A stretch of 63,718 bases of DNA, filler included, from Candidatus Coatesbacteria bacterium (GCA_016927185.1; 6 parts of 6 records of this genome joined end to end with filler, not necessarily neighbours in it), one strand, 5' to 3'; shown: positions 38,968-49,480, counted from the whole stretch's first letter. The notes: generated by a model from the sequence alone, not told the origin. Made by a program: numbers and translations.

Positions 38968-39840
38968 ATGCAAAACGATCTAACAGCTCAAGTATTTGAG
39001 TTAATAAGAAGTGCATCAGTTGATTTATCACCTGATGTAGAAAAAGCATTGATTGCTGCCAGAGATAAGGAAACCGAAGGAAGCACTGAAAGAGGAACAT
39101 TCGATGTAATCCTTCAAAATAACAAGATGGCAAGAGACAATAATACTCCCATATGCCAGGATACAGGTACTTTGATTTTCTATATTGATATTCCCAGAAA
39201 AACAGATACTATGCCTATAGAAGAAGCAATCAAGGAAGCTGCCAGACAGGCAACAAAAAACTTCCTGCTTCGACCTAATGCTGTTGATCCAATAACCCAA
39301 AAGAACACAAAAAATAATGTGGGAGAAAAAGCTCCATATATTCACTTTGAGCAATGGGATAAGGATTATTTCCGATACAAATTAATGCTGAAAGGTGGAG
39401 GAAGCGAGAATGTAGGAACACAATATACACTGCCAAATACGCCACTTAATGCAGGAAGAGATATAAACGGGATAAAAAAATGTGTTGTAGATGCAGTATT
39501 TCAGGCTCAGGGAAAAGGTTGTTCACCTGGTATTATTGGAATTGGGATTGGTGGAGACAGATGTGTCAGCTACTTGACTTCGAAAGAACAGTTTTTCAGG
39601 AAATTTGGTGAAAGAAGTCCGGATCCTGTATTAGCAGAAATGGAAATTGATCTGTATAATACCTTGAATAAACTTGGCATAGGACCAATGGGTTTCGGCG
39701 GGAAAACAACAGTTCTGGAAGTATTTGCAGCTAAAGCTTGCAGACATCCTGCTTCTTTCTTTGTTTCCATATCATATATGTGCTGGGCTTGCAGACGTAA
39801 AACTATGATAATAAAGAATGGGGAGGTTCAATATGATTAA
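38968..39840 (+). CDS. Fe-S fumarate/tartrate hydratase alpha subunit
   Basis: PICQDTG, KGGGSEN, GIGPMGFGG.TT, HPAS, CWA.R. Confidence 0.93.
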   Translation: MQNDLTAQVFELIRSASVDLSPDVEKALIAARDKETEGSTERGTFDVILQNNKMARDNNTPICQDTGTLIFYIDIPRKTDTMPIEEAIKEAARQATKNFLLRPNAVDPITQKNTKNNVGEKAPYIHFEQWDKDYFRYKLMLKGGGSENVGTQYTLPNTPLNAGRDINGIKKCVVDAVFQAQGKGCSPGIIGIGIGGDRCVSYLTSKEQFFRKFGERSPDPVLAEMEIDLYNTLNKLGIGPMGFGGKTTVLEVFAAKACRHPASFFVSISYMCWACRRKTMIIKNGEVQYD

Positions 39841-40423
39841 ACTCACAACCCCAATTTCGGAAGAGGTTATAAGAAACCTCAAGGTAGGAGATATTTGTGC
39901 AATAACAGGCATAATCGTAACCGCTAGAGATGCAGGACATAAATTGATGGTAGAGGAAAGACCTGGTTTCCTTGATGAATATCTTAATGGTGGAGTAATT
40001 TATCATTGCGGTCCAGTAGTGAAAAAAGAGGGAGAAAAGTGGTCTTTTGTCGCTGCAGGTCCCACAACTTCTGCAAGGGAAGAACCATATCAGGCCAAAG
40101 TTATTGAATCATATACAGTCAGGGGAGTTATTGGCAAGGGTGGAATGGGAGAGAAAACACTTGAAGCCTGCAAAAACTATGGTGCTGTTTATTTTCATGC
40201 TGTTGGTGGCTGTGGAACATTACTGGCAAAATCAGTTATTGAAGTAATCACCGTTTTCAAACTGGAGGAATTTGGTGCACCAGAAGCTTTCTGGGTATGC
40301 AAGGCAGTTGATTTTCCAGTTATCGTAACCATGGATTCTCATGGAAAAAGCATTCATGCAGATGTCAAGAAGGCAAGCAATGAAGTCTATACTAAAATAA
40401 TGACAGAGCTTTCAGCAAAATAG
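39833..40423 (+). CDS. Fe-S fumarate/tartrate hydratase beta subunit
   Basis: TARDAGH, YHCGP, GPTTSAR, IGKGGM, MDSHG; ATG at 39833 after GGAGG. Confidence 0.93.
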   Translation: MIKLTTPISEEVIRNLKVGDICAITGIIVTARDAGHKLMVEERPGFLDEYLNGGVIYHCGPVVKKEGEKWSFVAAGPTTSAREEPYQAKVIESYTVRGVIGKGGMGEKTLEACKNYGAVYFHAVGGCGTLLAKSVIEVITVFKLEEFGAPEAFWVCKAVDFPVIVTMDSHGKSIHADVKKASNEVYTKIMTELSAK

Positions 40424-40445
40424 TTTCAAAAGATTGATATTATAT

Positions 40446-40475
40446 AAAGGCGTCCGGCATTATCTAGACGCCTTT
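40446..40475 (+). terminator. Intrinsic terminator-like hairpin
   Basis: AAAGGCGTC...GACGCCTTT. Confidence 0.6.
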
Positions 40476-40476
40476 A

Positions 40477-41877
40477 TTGCAGAATTGGAGTGCCTTGTTC
40501 AAGATAATAGTCAGATATGCACTTGGTCTTTACATAATAATGATACTTAATGCATTAGTTAAACTCATTATAAGACCACTATTATCGCAGATGGGAGGAG
40601 ACGAGCTACTAGGGGGATATGAATATTTCTTAAGCATTGCCTTGATTGGAAGCACTATTGTTTCATTTGGCGGCAAGAGAGCATGGGTTCAATGGGGCTC
40701 CAGAAAAGGAAATATAAAACAGCTTTATCTTAACCTTACAAAATATCTATTAGTATTAGCTTCTGGCTCACTTATAGTTCTTCTTGCATCATATATATAT
40801 GGAGTTACAAAATATATATTGATTGCCTGGTTCTCAGTTGGAGTTATATCAGAGACAATTGTACTTGCAGGAACAGCAATAGCAAAGAGCATTCTTAAAC
40901 TCAAGTTTGAAGCCAGATTGCTTCTGATAAGACTGGGATTACTTCTTGTATCAATAATAGTCTACTGGCTCTATATTGATCATACCTTGCAAAACCTGTA
41001 CATAACTCTTGGTACATATTACCTGGTTGTAGCACTAATTAGTTTCCTGATTTTCAAAATGATTTCACTGGAAAAAGAATCTACACAAAATAGTAATTTC
41101 AAATCATTCCTTAAATTCAGTGCCATTTTATGGATAATAGATCTTGCATCTGTCGCTCATACAGGACTGGACAGGATTGTACTGAAGAATTTCTTTGATA
41201 TAGGAACACTTGGAAAATATGGAGTAATTCTCACTTTCCTGCTGGTAATTGAACAGCCGTGTTCCGTTATAAACGAAATAATACTCCCCTATTTCACAAA
41301 GAAAATCCCTGATCCAAAAGAATTCAGAAAACTGGCTTTTTTCAATATTTTCCTTTTCATGCTATTGGGTCAGATAATGATATTGCTATATCCCAGAATA
41401 GCACCTTTAGTTTTCAAGACAGATACTGAGAGCTTGAAATGGGTTTTGTTTATAGGCCTTGTGATGTATATATTAAAGGGATTTGAGCTTTTGCAGACAA
41501 ATCTGACAATCTCAGCTGGATTTGTGGAAATAAACAGAAAAGCAATAATCTATTCAATAATGCTTTATATTCCAATACTGATGTTCGGTGTCATCTATTT
41601 TAAACTTGAAGGAACGGCATTAGCAAGACTTCTCTATTTCATGTTTTATATCATGATTCACTATTTTCTTGCCAGGAAGCATTTTGGGGAAATGTTGAGA
41701 AAAGGATTATTAGCAATATACGCAGGAGTACCCTTGAGTCTTTTAAGCTTTTATTTTTGTCAACAATATTCTGTTACCTATATTATATGGCTAATACCAG
41801 TAATAACATTTCTCACTGGTTACTATTACAAGATAATACCTGACTATAAAACCTTAATGGATATTGCAAAGCAATAG
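40477..41877 (+). CDS. Wzx/MOP-type polysaccharide flippase-like membrane protein
   Basis: About 12-14 TM segments; LG.Y motifs; DRIVL...LGKY. Confidence 0.72.
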   Translation: MQNWSALFKIIVRYALGLYIIMILNALVKLIIRPLLSQMGGDELLGGYEYFLSIALIGSTIVSFGGKRAWVQWGSRKGNIKQLYLNLTKYLLVLASGSLIVLLASYIYGVTKYILIAWFSVGVISETIVLAGTAIAKSILKLKFEARLLLIRLGLLLVSIIVYWLYIDHTLQNLYITLGTYYLVVALISFLIFKMISLEKESTQNSNFKSFLKFSAILWIIDLASVAHTGLDRIVLKNFFDIGTLGKYGVILTFLLVIEQPCSVINEIILPYFTKKIPDPKEFRKLAFFNIFLFMLLGQIMILLYPRIAPLVFKTDTESLKWVLFIGLVMYILKGFELLQTNLTISAGFVEINRKAIIYSIMLYIPILMFGVIYFKLEGTALARLLYFMFYIMIHYFLARKHFGEMLRKGLLAIYAGVPLSLLSFYFCQQYSVTYIIWLIPVITFLTGYYYKIIPDYKTLMDIAKQ

Positions 41878-41932
41878 TCAAGCAAAACTCTTGACTTTAT
41901 AATAACACTATATAGTTTCTGCATCAATTCAT

Positions 41933-42007
41933 GGTGGGTGTAGTTCAGCGGTCTAGAGCACCAGACTGTGGATCTGGTTGTCGTCGGTTCAAATCCGATC
42001 ACCCACC
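41933..42007 (+). tRNA. tRNA-His (GTG), with G-1; CCA not encoded
   Basis: 8-bp acceptor GGTGGGTG/CACCCACC; anticodon arm CCAGA-CTGTGGA-TCTGG; T-loop GTTCAAATC. Confidence 0.96.
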
Positions 42008-42316
42008 CTGTTCAAAAAACGCTTTTTTCGACCCTTCACAAATGATATTTTGATTCTCGTTATTGGAAACCACCAAGGTAGTTATAGTACATTCCTACAC
42101 TTTGATTCAGAGGGGATCATTGAATTCGAATTAAGTTTTTTATACCTTTAAGCTGAATCGTCAAAAACGGCTGAAACAAGCAATCCGTATTTTCTAATAA
42201 TTCAATCCAGCATATCAAAGGCTATATAAAATTCTTGGAAATACAAAACTTGACAAGATAGCTAAACTATCAAGGCTTTTCTCAAGTGAATTCTGAGGAG
42301 AAAGGATCGTACACTC

Positions 42317-42946
42317 TTGAAAAACAATGAAATTCCAGGTATTATTATAAATAGATTTGCAGAATATCTTTGTTGCCTGGCAATTCATGAAGAAATAGGA
42401 GACTCAGTTTTCATTCAATCAAAGGATCTGGCAAGTGTCTGCAAAATCAAGGCTTCCCTTGTAAGGAAAGATCTATCAATTCTTGGTGAGTTGGGAACAA
42501 AAGGCAAAGGATATAATGTAAGAGAACTTAAATCATGTCTCATTAAAATATTGAATCTTGATACTCCATCCGGTATTTTCCTGATTGGATTGGATTTCCT
42601 GGGAAGATATATCTTGAAACAAAAACTCCATTCCGGTTTCCTGAAGATAACCGCTGCGTTTGATAAACCAGAAAGAATAAATGAGAAAGAATTGAACGGG
42701 GTTCCAGTTTATTCAATTAGTCAGATGCTTGAGATTGCAGAGAATTTAAAACCTCTTGTTGGAATAATTTGTGTGGATCTCCATGAATCTCAGCATGCTG
42801 CTGATTTAATGATAAAAGCTGGAATAAGGGGAATAATTACCTATGTTGAATATCCCCTGGAATTGCCAGAAAATATTTTGTTGAAAAGAATTTCTCTCAG
42901 TTGTGAACTATCTAGCCTATCCTACAATCTAAAATTGATGAAATAG
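42317..42946 (+). CDS. rex: Rex-family redox-sensing repressor (divergent)
   Basis: S..LA......VRKDLS..GE.G.KGKGY.V winged helix plus Rossmann-like domain. Confidence 0.85.
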   Translation: MKNNEIPGIIINRFAEYLCCLAIHEEIGDSVFIQSKDLASVCKIKASLVRKDLSILGELGTKGKGYNVRELKSCLIKILNLDTPSGIFLIGLDFLGRYILKQKLHSGFLKITAAFDKPERINEKELNGVPVYSISQMLEIAENLKPLVGIICVDLHESQHAADLMIKAGIRGIITYVEYPLELPENILLKRISLSCELSSLSYNLKLMK

Positions 42947-42951
42947 TTACC

Positions 42952-43725
42952 TTATCTTCTTGCCTGGTTGAACAATCTCCCTTTATCATCCCATTGTTTA
43001 ATTGCAGTCATTTTCCCATGATCATATTCAGCTTCTTCTTTTAATTTCCCGTTTTCATAATAAACGAACCATTTACCATGCTTGTTACCATCCTCATCGT
43101 ATTGTGCTGTCCAGGAAAGCTGCTTGGGTGTATACCATTCTTTCCATTCTCCAACAGGTTTTCCATTCTTGTATTGACCTATCCTTGAGATAACTCCATC
43201 TTTAAACAATTGCTTGTGAACTCCATCAAATATATTATTTTTGTAAGTAAAGACCGATTTTGCACCTGATGGCCATATATGTGTCCATTCTCCATCCTTT
43301 TTCTCATTTTTGTACTGACCTTTGTGTTGTCCATCAGCTTTATCTTCAAAGTATGGTCCCTCAAGTTTGTCTTCCTTATAACTAGCTTCTTTTATCAATT
43401 TGCCTTTTGTGTTATATTCCTTCAGAATACCATCTTTTTTATCATCTTTATAATTTGCTTCAAGAATTTTTTGGTTGTTTGGTCCATAAACAACTGATAA
43501 GCCATTCCTCTTGCCCATTTTGTATTCGGTTTCCCCAATAACTCTTTTGCTGCTATCCATTTTTATCCATTTCCCGTCTCTTACAGAAGCTCCCTTCTCA
43601 TCTTTCTTCAGCATCCCCTTATTTATATAACCATCAACAATCTGTTCAGCCTCTTTAGAATTCTCACAACTTATTAAAATTAAAGCACTTAAAATTACAA
43701 GAATGGATTTAAATCTATTGATCAT
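42952..43725 (-). CDS. MORN-variant (YwqK-like) repeat lipoprotein
   Basis: Y.NG...G.W repeats; lipobox ILISC; ATG at 43725 after AGGAGG. Confidence 0.85.
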   Translation of the reverse strand: MINRFKSILVILSALILISCENSKEAEQIVDGYINKGMLKKDEKGASVRDGKWIKMDSSKRVIGETEYKMGKRNGLSVVYGPNNQKILEANYKDDKKDGILKEYNTKGKLIKEASYKEDKLEGPYFEDKADGQHKGQYKNEKKDGEWTHIWPSGAKSVFTYKNNIFDGVHKQLFKDGVISRIGQYKNGKPVGEWKEWYTPKQLSWTAQYDEDGNKHGKWFVYYENGKLKEEAEYDHGKMTAIKQWDDKGRLFNQARR

Positions 43726-43859
43726 TACCAAACCTCCTATTAACTGACTCCTTAAAACTAAGTATTTAAAATAGATGGTCTTTGTCAAGAAGATATAGTT
43801 TTTTAAGTAAAATTCTTCTTAAATCATAATGATTAAAGAGCAAGTAGTTTATTGGATAC

Positions 43860-44810
43860 TTATTGAATTGTTTTTCTGAAGAACTTAGGCAAAATTCTGT
43901 TAGGATGTCCTCCCCATGTTCTGAAATTATGCCCATAACCTTTCAGAAAAACATGCTTGAATCTTATATTGTTGCTGGCTAGATATCTCTCCATCTTCAG
44001 GCATGAACCGTACATATCTTCTCCAGTGCCAACATCGAAAAAAATCCCCCTGAATGTCCTAAGGATTTCGATATTTTCCCTGGTTTGCATTCTTGGAAAA
44101 AACCCTGAGCTTGAACCAACATAATCAAATAACTCTGGTCTCTGGATTGCAATTCTCCATGCACTATGACCACCATTACATAATCCTGTAACCATTCTTA
44201 CTTTATTTGAGGCAAAATTGCCATCTATATAAGGTATGAGCTCGTTGCAAATAACATCTCCCCATTTTGAGCGACCTTCATTGTGGAAATAGCCTACTTT
44301 AGCTCTATCAGGAGATACAAGTATCAAATCAATAGTTGATCCAAGGGAAGACAGGAAATCCTCAGTTAATTCAGCATGCGCTGATGCAACACCCCTTCTG
44401 TCGGTTACCCAATTATCAAGATATCCTTTATCGCCACCATGAAAAAAATAACAGGTTGGAAAGCTTTTTCCCTCAGAGACTTTTCTTTGATAATCCTCAG
44501 GCAAATATACATTAAAAAGAAGTTTTCTTCCAAGAATAACAGAATTAAGTGATAACCTTCTTACTTCCCCTTTCAATTTCCAATTCCTTGGGGCTGATGG
44601 ATATATATTATCAACCGCTTTTTTCCCCTGCAAATTTTTTCTTGAATTGTCAGGAATAGGTTCTCTTAATTTTATGTCTGAAATTTTTATTGTTTCCGAA
44701 GTATTGATTAGGTATCTCTCTGAAAAAATACCTGATAAATAAGAAATTACCATGATAATTGAGATTATTGAAATATAAATAGCTATCCTGCTTTTTGCAA
44801 CATTAATCAT
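43860..44810 (-). CDS. Putative esterase-family alpha/beta hydrolase with Cys at the nucleophile elbow
   Basis: VYLPEDY, FHGG, ELIPYID, GLCNGG, D.G..ED, GH.F..W; N-terminal anchor. Confidence 0.8.
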   Translation of the reverse strand: MINVAKSRIAIYISIISIIMVISYLSGIFSERYLINTSETIKISDIKLREPIPDNSRKNLQGKKAVDNIYPSAPRNWKLKGEVRRLSLNSVILGRKLLFNVYLPEDYQRKVSEGKSFPTCYFFHGGDKGYLDNWVTDRRGVASAHAELTEDFLSSLGSTIDLILVSPDRAKVGYFHNEGRSKWGDVICNELIPYIDGNFASNKVRMVTGLCNGGHSAWRIAIQRPELFDYVGSSSGFFPRMQTRENIEILRTFRGIFFDVGTGEDMYGSCLKMERYLASNNIRFKHVFLKGYGHNFRTWGGHPNRILPKFFRKTIQ

Positions 44811-44891
44811 TATACTTTGCCTAATCTTATATAGAAATTAGTCAAGCAAGAAGTGCTTGACATAATAGTTTGTAATAGGCAGTTTTCTTTC

Positions 44892-46436
44892 ATGAAATTT
44901 CCCAAACATCTTGAGTCAATAAGCCATACAAGAATCTATCCATTGTTTTTTTTCATAATGGGATCTCTTGCACGACTATACAAACTTACCTTCTATAGTC
45001 TTACAGGAGATGAAATGCTTACAATCAAGCATGGAAGATGGGATTTTATTACCTTAATCAATAGAGTGGCATATGTTAATATTCCTGATGCAGATATCGC
45101 TCCTCCATTATACTACCTGGTACTCTTTACCTGGTTCAGGCTTTTTGGCTCAACTGATTTCACTGGAAGATTGTTATCAGCTTTTTTAGGTATTGGTGCT
45201 TTAGTAGCGTTATATTATTGGTCAAAAAGCATTTTCTCAAAAAATGAAAGATTAATAGCATTAATAATATTTTCTATACATCCATTTCATGTCTGGTACT
45301 CACAGGAAATAAGGATGTATGCCTTGATATCATTTCTTGTTATCGGATCCTGCTTTTTTCAACTGAAATACCTTAATTCTATGGAGAGAAAAGACCTATT
45401 CATCTATTTCTTTTTCACCCTGGCATCTGTTTTTACACAGTACTACTACTTCTTTGTCTTGTTTGCCCAGAATTTATGCTTTTTCATTTTCCTGATATTC
45501 TACCACAAGGAAGACAATAAACGAAGGATTTTATTCAGCTGGCTTCTTGGGCAAATACTTCTGGCAACTTGCTTCCTGTTCTGGTTGAAGCCCTTTCTGA
45601 ATGATTTAAAAGTGCTTGGTACTTCAACCGGATTTCAATATGGCTTCTCTTTGGCAAATATACCATTTACCTTTTTAAAGGTAGGCTTTTATGCAGTCAG
45701 AACATATGTATTGGCAAATTTACCTCTTTATTCTGTTCTTGTTGCTGCAACATTGTTCTCTATAATTGGTTTTTATCTTCATTATAAAAAAGAGAAAATT
45801 GTTCCTTTCAAGATACTTTACTTAGCAATCGTAATTCTATTTCCCATAGTAAGTTTGTTATCAATTGCTGCGATAAAGAGATTTGCATTCAGACCTCATG
45901 CTCTTGTTCTTCTTACTCCTCTTTTCTCATTATTTATCGCCTGTGGAATAAGCTGCTGGACTAAAAAAATACAATCGGTTTTGATTGTAATTTTCCTGAT
46001 TTCCTTTTCATATATTTTAATAACCTTGAATTTCGGAAATGAATATACAAAACCGAAAATCAAAGATGCCTGTAATTATATCAAAACAAAAGCAGGGAAA
46101 GATGCCTTAATAATCAATCTGCCCTTCATGCTTCCGCTTCCATCTATAGTTAATTTGCCTGGCTCTTATCAAGTTTGGACTTATTACTTACCTGAATACA
46201 AGAATAATTATCTTCCAACTGGAGAGAATGAAATAGAAATAATAGATCATATAAGATCTAAATCAGATAAGAGTAATGATTTTTTTGTAACATATCATGA
46301 TTTCATTTTTGCGAGACCTTATTTAAATAAGGTTCTCTTCAATCTGGAAAAAGATCATGATATTGTAGATAAGAAAACATTCGCATCAAAAATTGATGAT
46401 TTTGATATAATTGTGATTCGTTACAAGAAGAAATAA
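44892..46436 (+). CDS. GT-C fold (GT39/GT83, PMT/ArnT-like) glycosyltransferase
   Basis: SLTGDE, PPLYY, R..SA..G, WYSQEIRMY; many TMs. ATG 44892 preferred over GTG 44853, which overlaps the -35 box. Confidence 0.82.
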   Translation: MKFPKHLESISHTRIYPLFFFIMGSLARLYKLTFYSLTGDEMLTIKHGRWDFITLINRVAYVNIPDADIAPPLYYLVLFTWFRLFGSTDFTGRLLSAFLGIGALVALYYWSKSIFSKNERLIALIIFSIHPFHVWYSQEIRMYALISFLVIGSCFFQLKYLNSMERKDLFIYFFFTLASVFTQYYYFFVLFAQNLCFFIFLIFYHKEDNKRRILFSWLLGQILLATCFLFWLKPFLNDLKVLGTSTGFQYGFSLANIPFTFLKVGFYAVRTYVLANLPLYSVLVAATLFSIIGFYLHYKKEKIVPFKILYLAIVILFPIVSLLSIAAIKRFAFRPHALVLLTPLFSLFIACGISCWTKKIQSVLIVIFLISFSYILITLNFGNEYTKPKIKDACNYIKTKAGKDALIINLPFMLPLPSIVNLPGSYQVWTYYLPEYKNNYLPTGENEIEIIDHIRSKSDKSNDFFVTYHDFIFARPYLNKVLFNLEKDHDIVDKKTFASKIDDFDIIVIRYKKK

Positions 46437-46451
46437 AATCTGGCAATTCTC

Positions 46452-46480
46452 TTGACAAAAAGCTGGCAAGAGATGATAAT
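46452..46480 (+). promoter_or_regulatory. Sigma-70 promoter TTGACA-N17-GATAAT, 6 nt before the ATG (probably leaderless)
   Basis: Box spacing and absence of an SD before ATG 46487. Confidence 0.6.
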
Positions 46481-46486
46481 AAGTGC

Positions 46487-47986
46487 ATGAAAAATAAAGG
46501 AATCACCCTACTTGCTTCTACTATTTTTTTAATGATTTGCATGTTTTCATGTGATAATGAATTAGCCGATCCTGATAGGTACGAGACTTCTACTGGGGAT
46601 AGCGATTCTTTCAAAACAAATCTTGTAATAATAACTCCTCCTGATTCAGGAGCATTTGCAGGATATACTTATACGGTAAACTGGGATTACATAAATGTTG
46701 ACACAGGCAAATACCTCTTGAATCTTTATTATGATGAAGATAATAACAAGGAAGAATATAATGGAATAATAGCAGAAAACCTGGATTTGAGAAATAAGAC
46801 TTTTAAATGGGATATTAGTAATGTCAAACCTGGTTATTATTATGTTCTAGGGATCTTGAAACCTAAGACACAATCTACAAATCATGAATTAATGATAAAA
46901 GAGATATCAAGACATTGTTCCTTTTTCATGGATGAGTATGATTATAGTCCAGGAAAACTGCTGATAACTCGCAATGATGCACCTGTAATAGAGATAACTC
47001 ATCCAGATACTGGTGCGACAGAAGCAGATATTGAATTCCAAATCAGATGGCGCAGCTATGATAAAGAAGCAAATAAATGCCTGGTAGATCTCTACTATGA
47101 TCTGGACACAAACTCAACAAATGGCTTTATTGATAAAATTGCAATGGAAGTGCCTGATACAGGTTCTTTCCTCTGGGATGTTTATAATCTAGCTGAAAGC
47201 GATTATTATATTTATGGAGAAATTTACGACAAGGATTTAGGTACAAGAAGAAGAATACATAACAATAGAATAAGTTTTGGAAGATCATCGGATTATAGCA
47301 CTGGAGTAGTAAGGGTTAGGCATGGTTCATCTTCAAGGATCAAGATTCTTACTCCTCCTGCTGAAGGAGACTATGCAAAGGATTTTTATGAAATACTATG
47401 GGAAACTTATCCTGCTAAATATCCTGAATTCTTGATATCACTCTATTATGATACTGATCAGGATCAATCTAATGGTGTCTCTGGTACAATAGCAGAACTT
47501 TTACCAGATACAGGAATGTTCAGGTGGAATTTAGCAAGTATTGCTAGAGGTAATTATTTCATATTAGGGGTACTTATTGAAGCAAGAACTGGTAAGGTCA
47601 GGGAAATAATAAATACGAGATTGAAAGCTGATTTTTCATATAGTGATGGTATGCTTTATGTTGTTGATAATATGCCACCTACCATGACTTTTATAGCTCC
47701 TCCTGAAGAAGGGGCAAGTGCTAGCGAGACATATAGACTGGCATGGAGTGCATATGATGAAGAGAGTGATCCTTTTAATATATCATTATACTATGATTTA
47801 GATACGCTATCATGGAATGGATTGGGAGATTTGATAGTAGAAAACCTGAAAGATGTAGATTACTATGACTGGGATCTAACTGGTGTCCCATGTGGAGTAT
47901 ATTATATTGTTGGCGTCATAGATGATAGTCATTATAGAGCTATAGTACATTCAAAAGGAACGCTAACAGTGCTTCCTCTGAAATAA
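46487..47986 (+). CDS. Lipoprotein with four tandem Ig-like repeats
   Basis: Lipobox MFSC; four repeats I..P..G....Y...W...LYYD.D...G.I.......F.WD......G.YY..G. Confidence 0.75.
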   Translation: MKNKGITLLASTIFLMICMFSCDNELADPDRYETSTGDSDSFKTNLVIITPPDSGAFAGYTYTVNWDYINVDTGKYLLNLYYDEDNNKEEYNGIIAENLDLRNKTFKWDISNVKPGYYYVLGILKPKTQSTNHELMIKEISRHCSFFMDEYDYSPGKLLITRNDAPVIEITHPDTGATEADIEFQIRWRSYDKEANKCLVDLYYDLDTNSTNGFIDKIAMEVPDTGSFLWDVYNLAESDYYIYGEIYDKDLGTRRRIHNNRISFGRSSDYSTGVVRVRHGSSSRIKILTPPAEGDYAKDFYEILWETYPAKYPEFLISLYYDTDQDQSNGVSGTIAELLPDTGMFRWNLASIARGNYFILGVLIEARTGKVREIINTRLKADFSYSDGMLYVVDNMPPTMTFIAPPEEGASASETYRLAWSAYDEESDPFNISLYYDLDTLSWNGLGDLIVENLKDVDYYDWDLTGVPCGVYYIVGVIDDSHYRAIVHSKGTLTVLPLK

Positions 47987-47987
47987 A

Positions 47988-48015
47988 AGAGCCGATATCC
48001 CCCAATATCGGCTCT
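47988..48015. terminator. Strong hairpin; U-tract is on the minus strand
   Basis: AGAGCCGATAT-CCCCCA-ATATCGGCTCT preceded by AAAA. Confidence 0.7.
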
Positions 48016-48136
48016 ATGACAGAAACATCCTCCTATCGCATCAATCAATTATCGAAACATAAATCATTCATCATAGGAGGCACCTTATATATTAATATCA
48101 AAAACTTAAGCATCTTAGTTAAAGCTGATAGCTAAG

Positions 48137-48223
48137 TGTCGAGATAAGAGAAAAACAAGGCAATGCGCAGGATATTTGAGGACTTTTGATCTCAAAATGC
48201 GCAGGATATTTGAGGAGCCATGC
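48137..48223. mobile_element. Second copy of the transposon end (starts TGT) at a contig break
   Basis: 48137-48221 is the reverse complement of 1-85; flanks differ. Confidence 0.7.
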
Positions 48224-48323
48224 NNNNNNNNNNNNNNNNNNNNNNNNNNNNNNNNNNNNNNNNNNNNTTAATTAATTAANNNNNNNNNNNNNNNNNNNNN
48301 NNNNNNNNNNNNNNNNNNNNNNN
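48224..48323. other. Artificial contig linker
   Basis: N/TTAATTAATTAA/N. Confidence 0.98.
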
Positions 48324-49315
48324 CCTATATTTATATTTATCCTGTCCAGTGCTGAGCATAACGGACTTTTTGCGAAACTAAGTCCTGCCCTTGCATTGAA
48401 AATTTCATTAAAGAAGTGGGTTACTCCCATTCTTGCTACCAGGGCATTCTTCAGGGAGTCAGCAGTAGTTTTCCCCGGGAATTCATAATTCTTGTAGAAA
48501 ACATAATCAGCACCAACATCAAGGCTTGACTTGAAATAACTGGCAGGTGAATAAATTAATGTGAATGATGCTTTTGCTGGAAGCTTGAAAGTCTGGTCAG
48601 AAAGCACAGTATCTGTCCTGTTTGGTTCCTTTTTTGTCCATTCAGCCTTCAATGGGGCAAGGAAATATCCCAGTCTTGCATGGAATGCATTATTGAGATG
48701 ACCATTTATTACTGCATTTACTGCAATCCCTTTTGCCTTGTAAGCATCCTCGAAAGTCTGTTCATCTTCCCCTGTCTGCATGTAATGATAAGTCTTTGTC
48801 AAGGTTCCCATTACATAACCGGGTTTCAACTCTATATCAACATACTGGTTGGCTTTTGCATAAAGAAGAAGACCATTCTGGTACAAGTCACCAGTCATTA
48901 TCCATTCCCTGCTTGAGGTAACCTGATAACTTGCATCTCTCTGATATTCTATTGCCCTGTATGCTCCCTGCCAGATGCGATTTACTGATATTCCTGCATA
49001 GATATTTGCTGAATTCTCAGATCCATACACTCTGTAAGCAGCATCAATATTCTTTGGTCTTAGCCACATTTTTGTGCTTGTTGCAAAAGTGTTTTCCCCC
49101 ATGCGGTTATCATATGAATCATATACGACTGACGATCTATCCTCAGATTGCTGGATTATTGAAAAAGATGCGCTTATATCAAGCATTTTCATATATTTTC
49201 CATTGTTTTCAATTGAAGGCGTATAGGAAAAATCGCCAAGCAATAAATAGTCTTCAATGCCTATTGAAAAAGCAATGCCTGAGAAAAACAATAATATAAA
49301 AATCGCTGATTTCAT
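48324..49315 (-). CDS. Putative outer-membrane beta-barrel protein, 3'-truncated at the gap
   Basis: Signal peptide MKSAIFILLFFSGIAFS after AAGGAG; amphipathic strands (ARMGVTHF..NARAGLSF). Confidence 0.6.
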
Positions 49316-49480
49316 ATCCTGCTCCTTGAGACTCATTTTTGTTTCAGGCTCAGCTCGTTTTTATTAGCAGTATTTGTCAACAAAGAAGTTGACATAAAAT
49401 AATTGCTGCTTTCAGGGCAACTTGGATGAAGTCTGGGGAACAAGAGAAATTCTTTGACCATGCAGAAACAGTATGAACAG

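Noticed and set aside
38734-38973. 79-aa minus-strand ORF
   Set aside because: Antisense shadow of the ferredoxin. The many other short overlapping ORFs in the track were dismissed as shadows of long genes.
41933-42316. tRNA-His as an integration site
   Set aside because: No integrase and no duplicated tRNA 3' end seen in the contig
42952-43725. YwqK-like protein as the antitoxin of a toxin-immunity pair
   Set aside because: No adjacent toxin gene; MORN-variant lipoproteins are common as stand-alone genes
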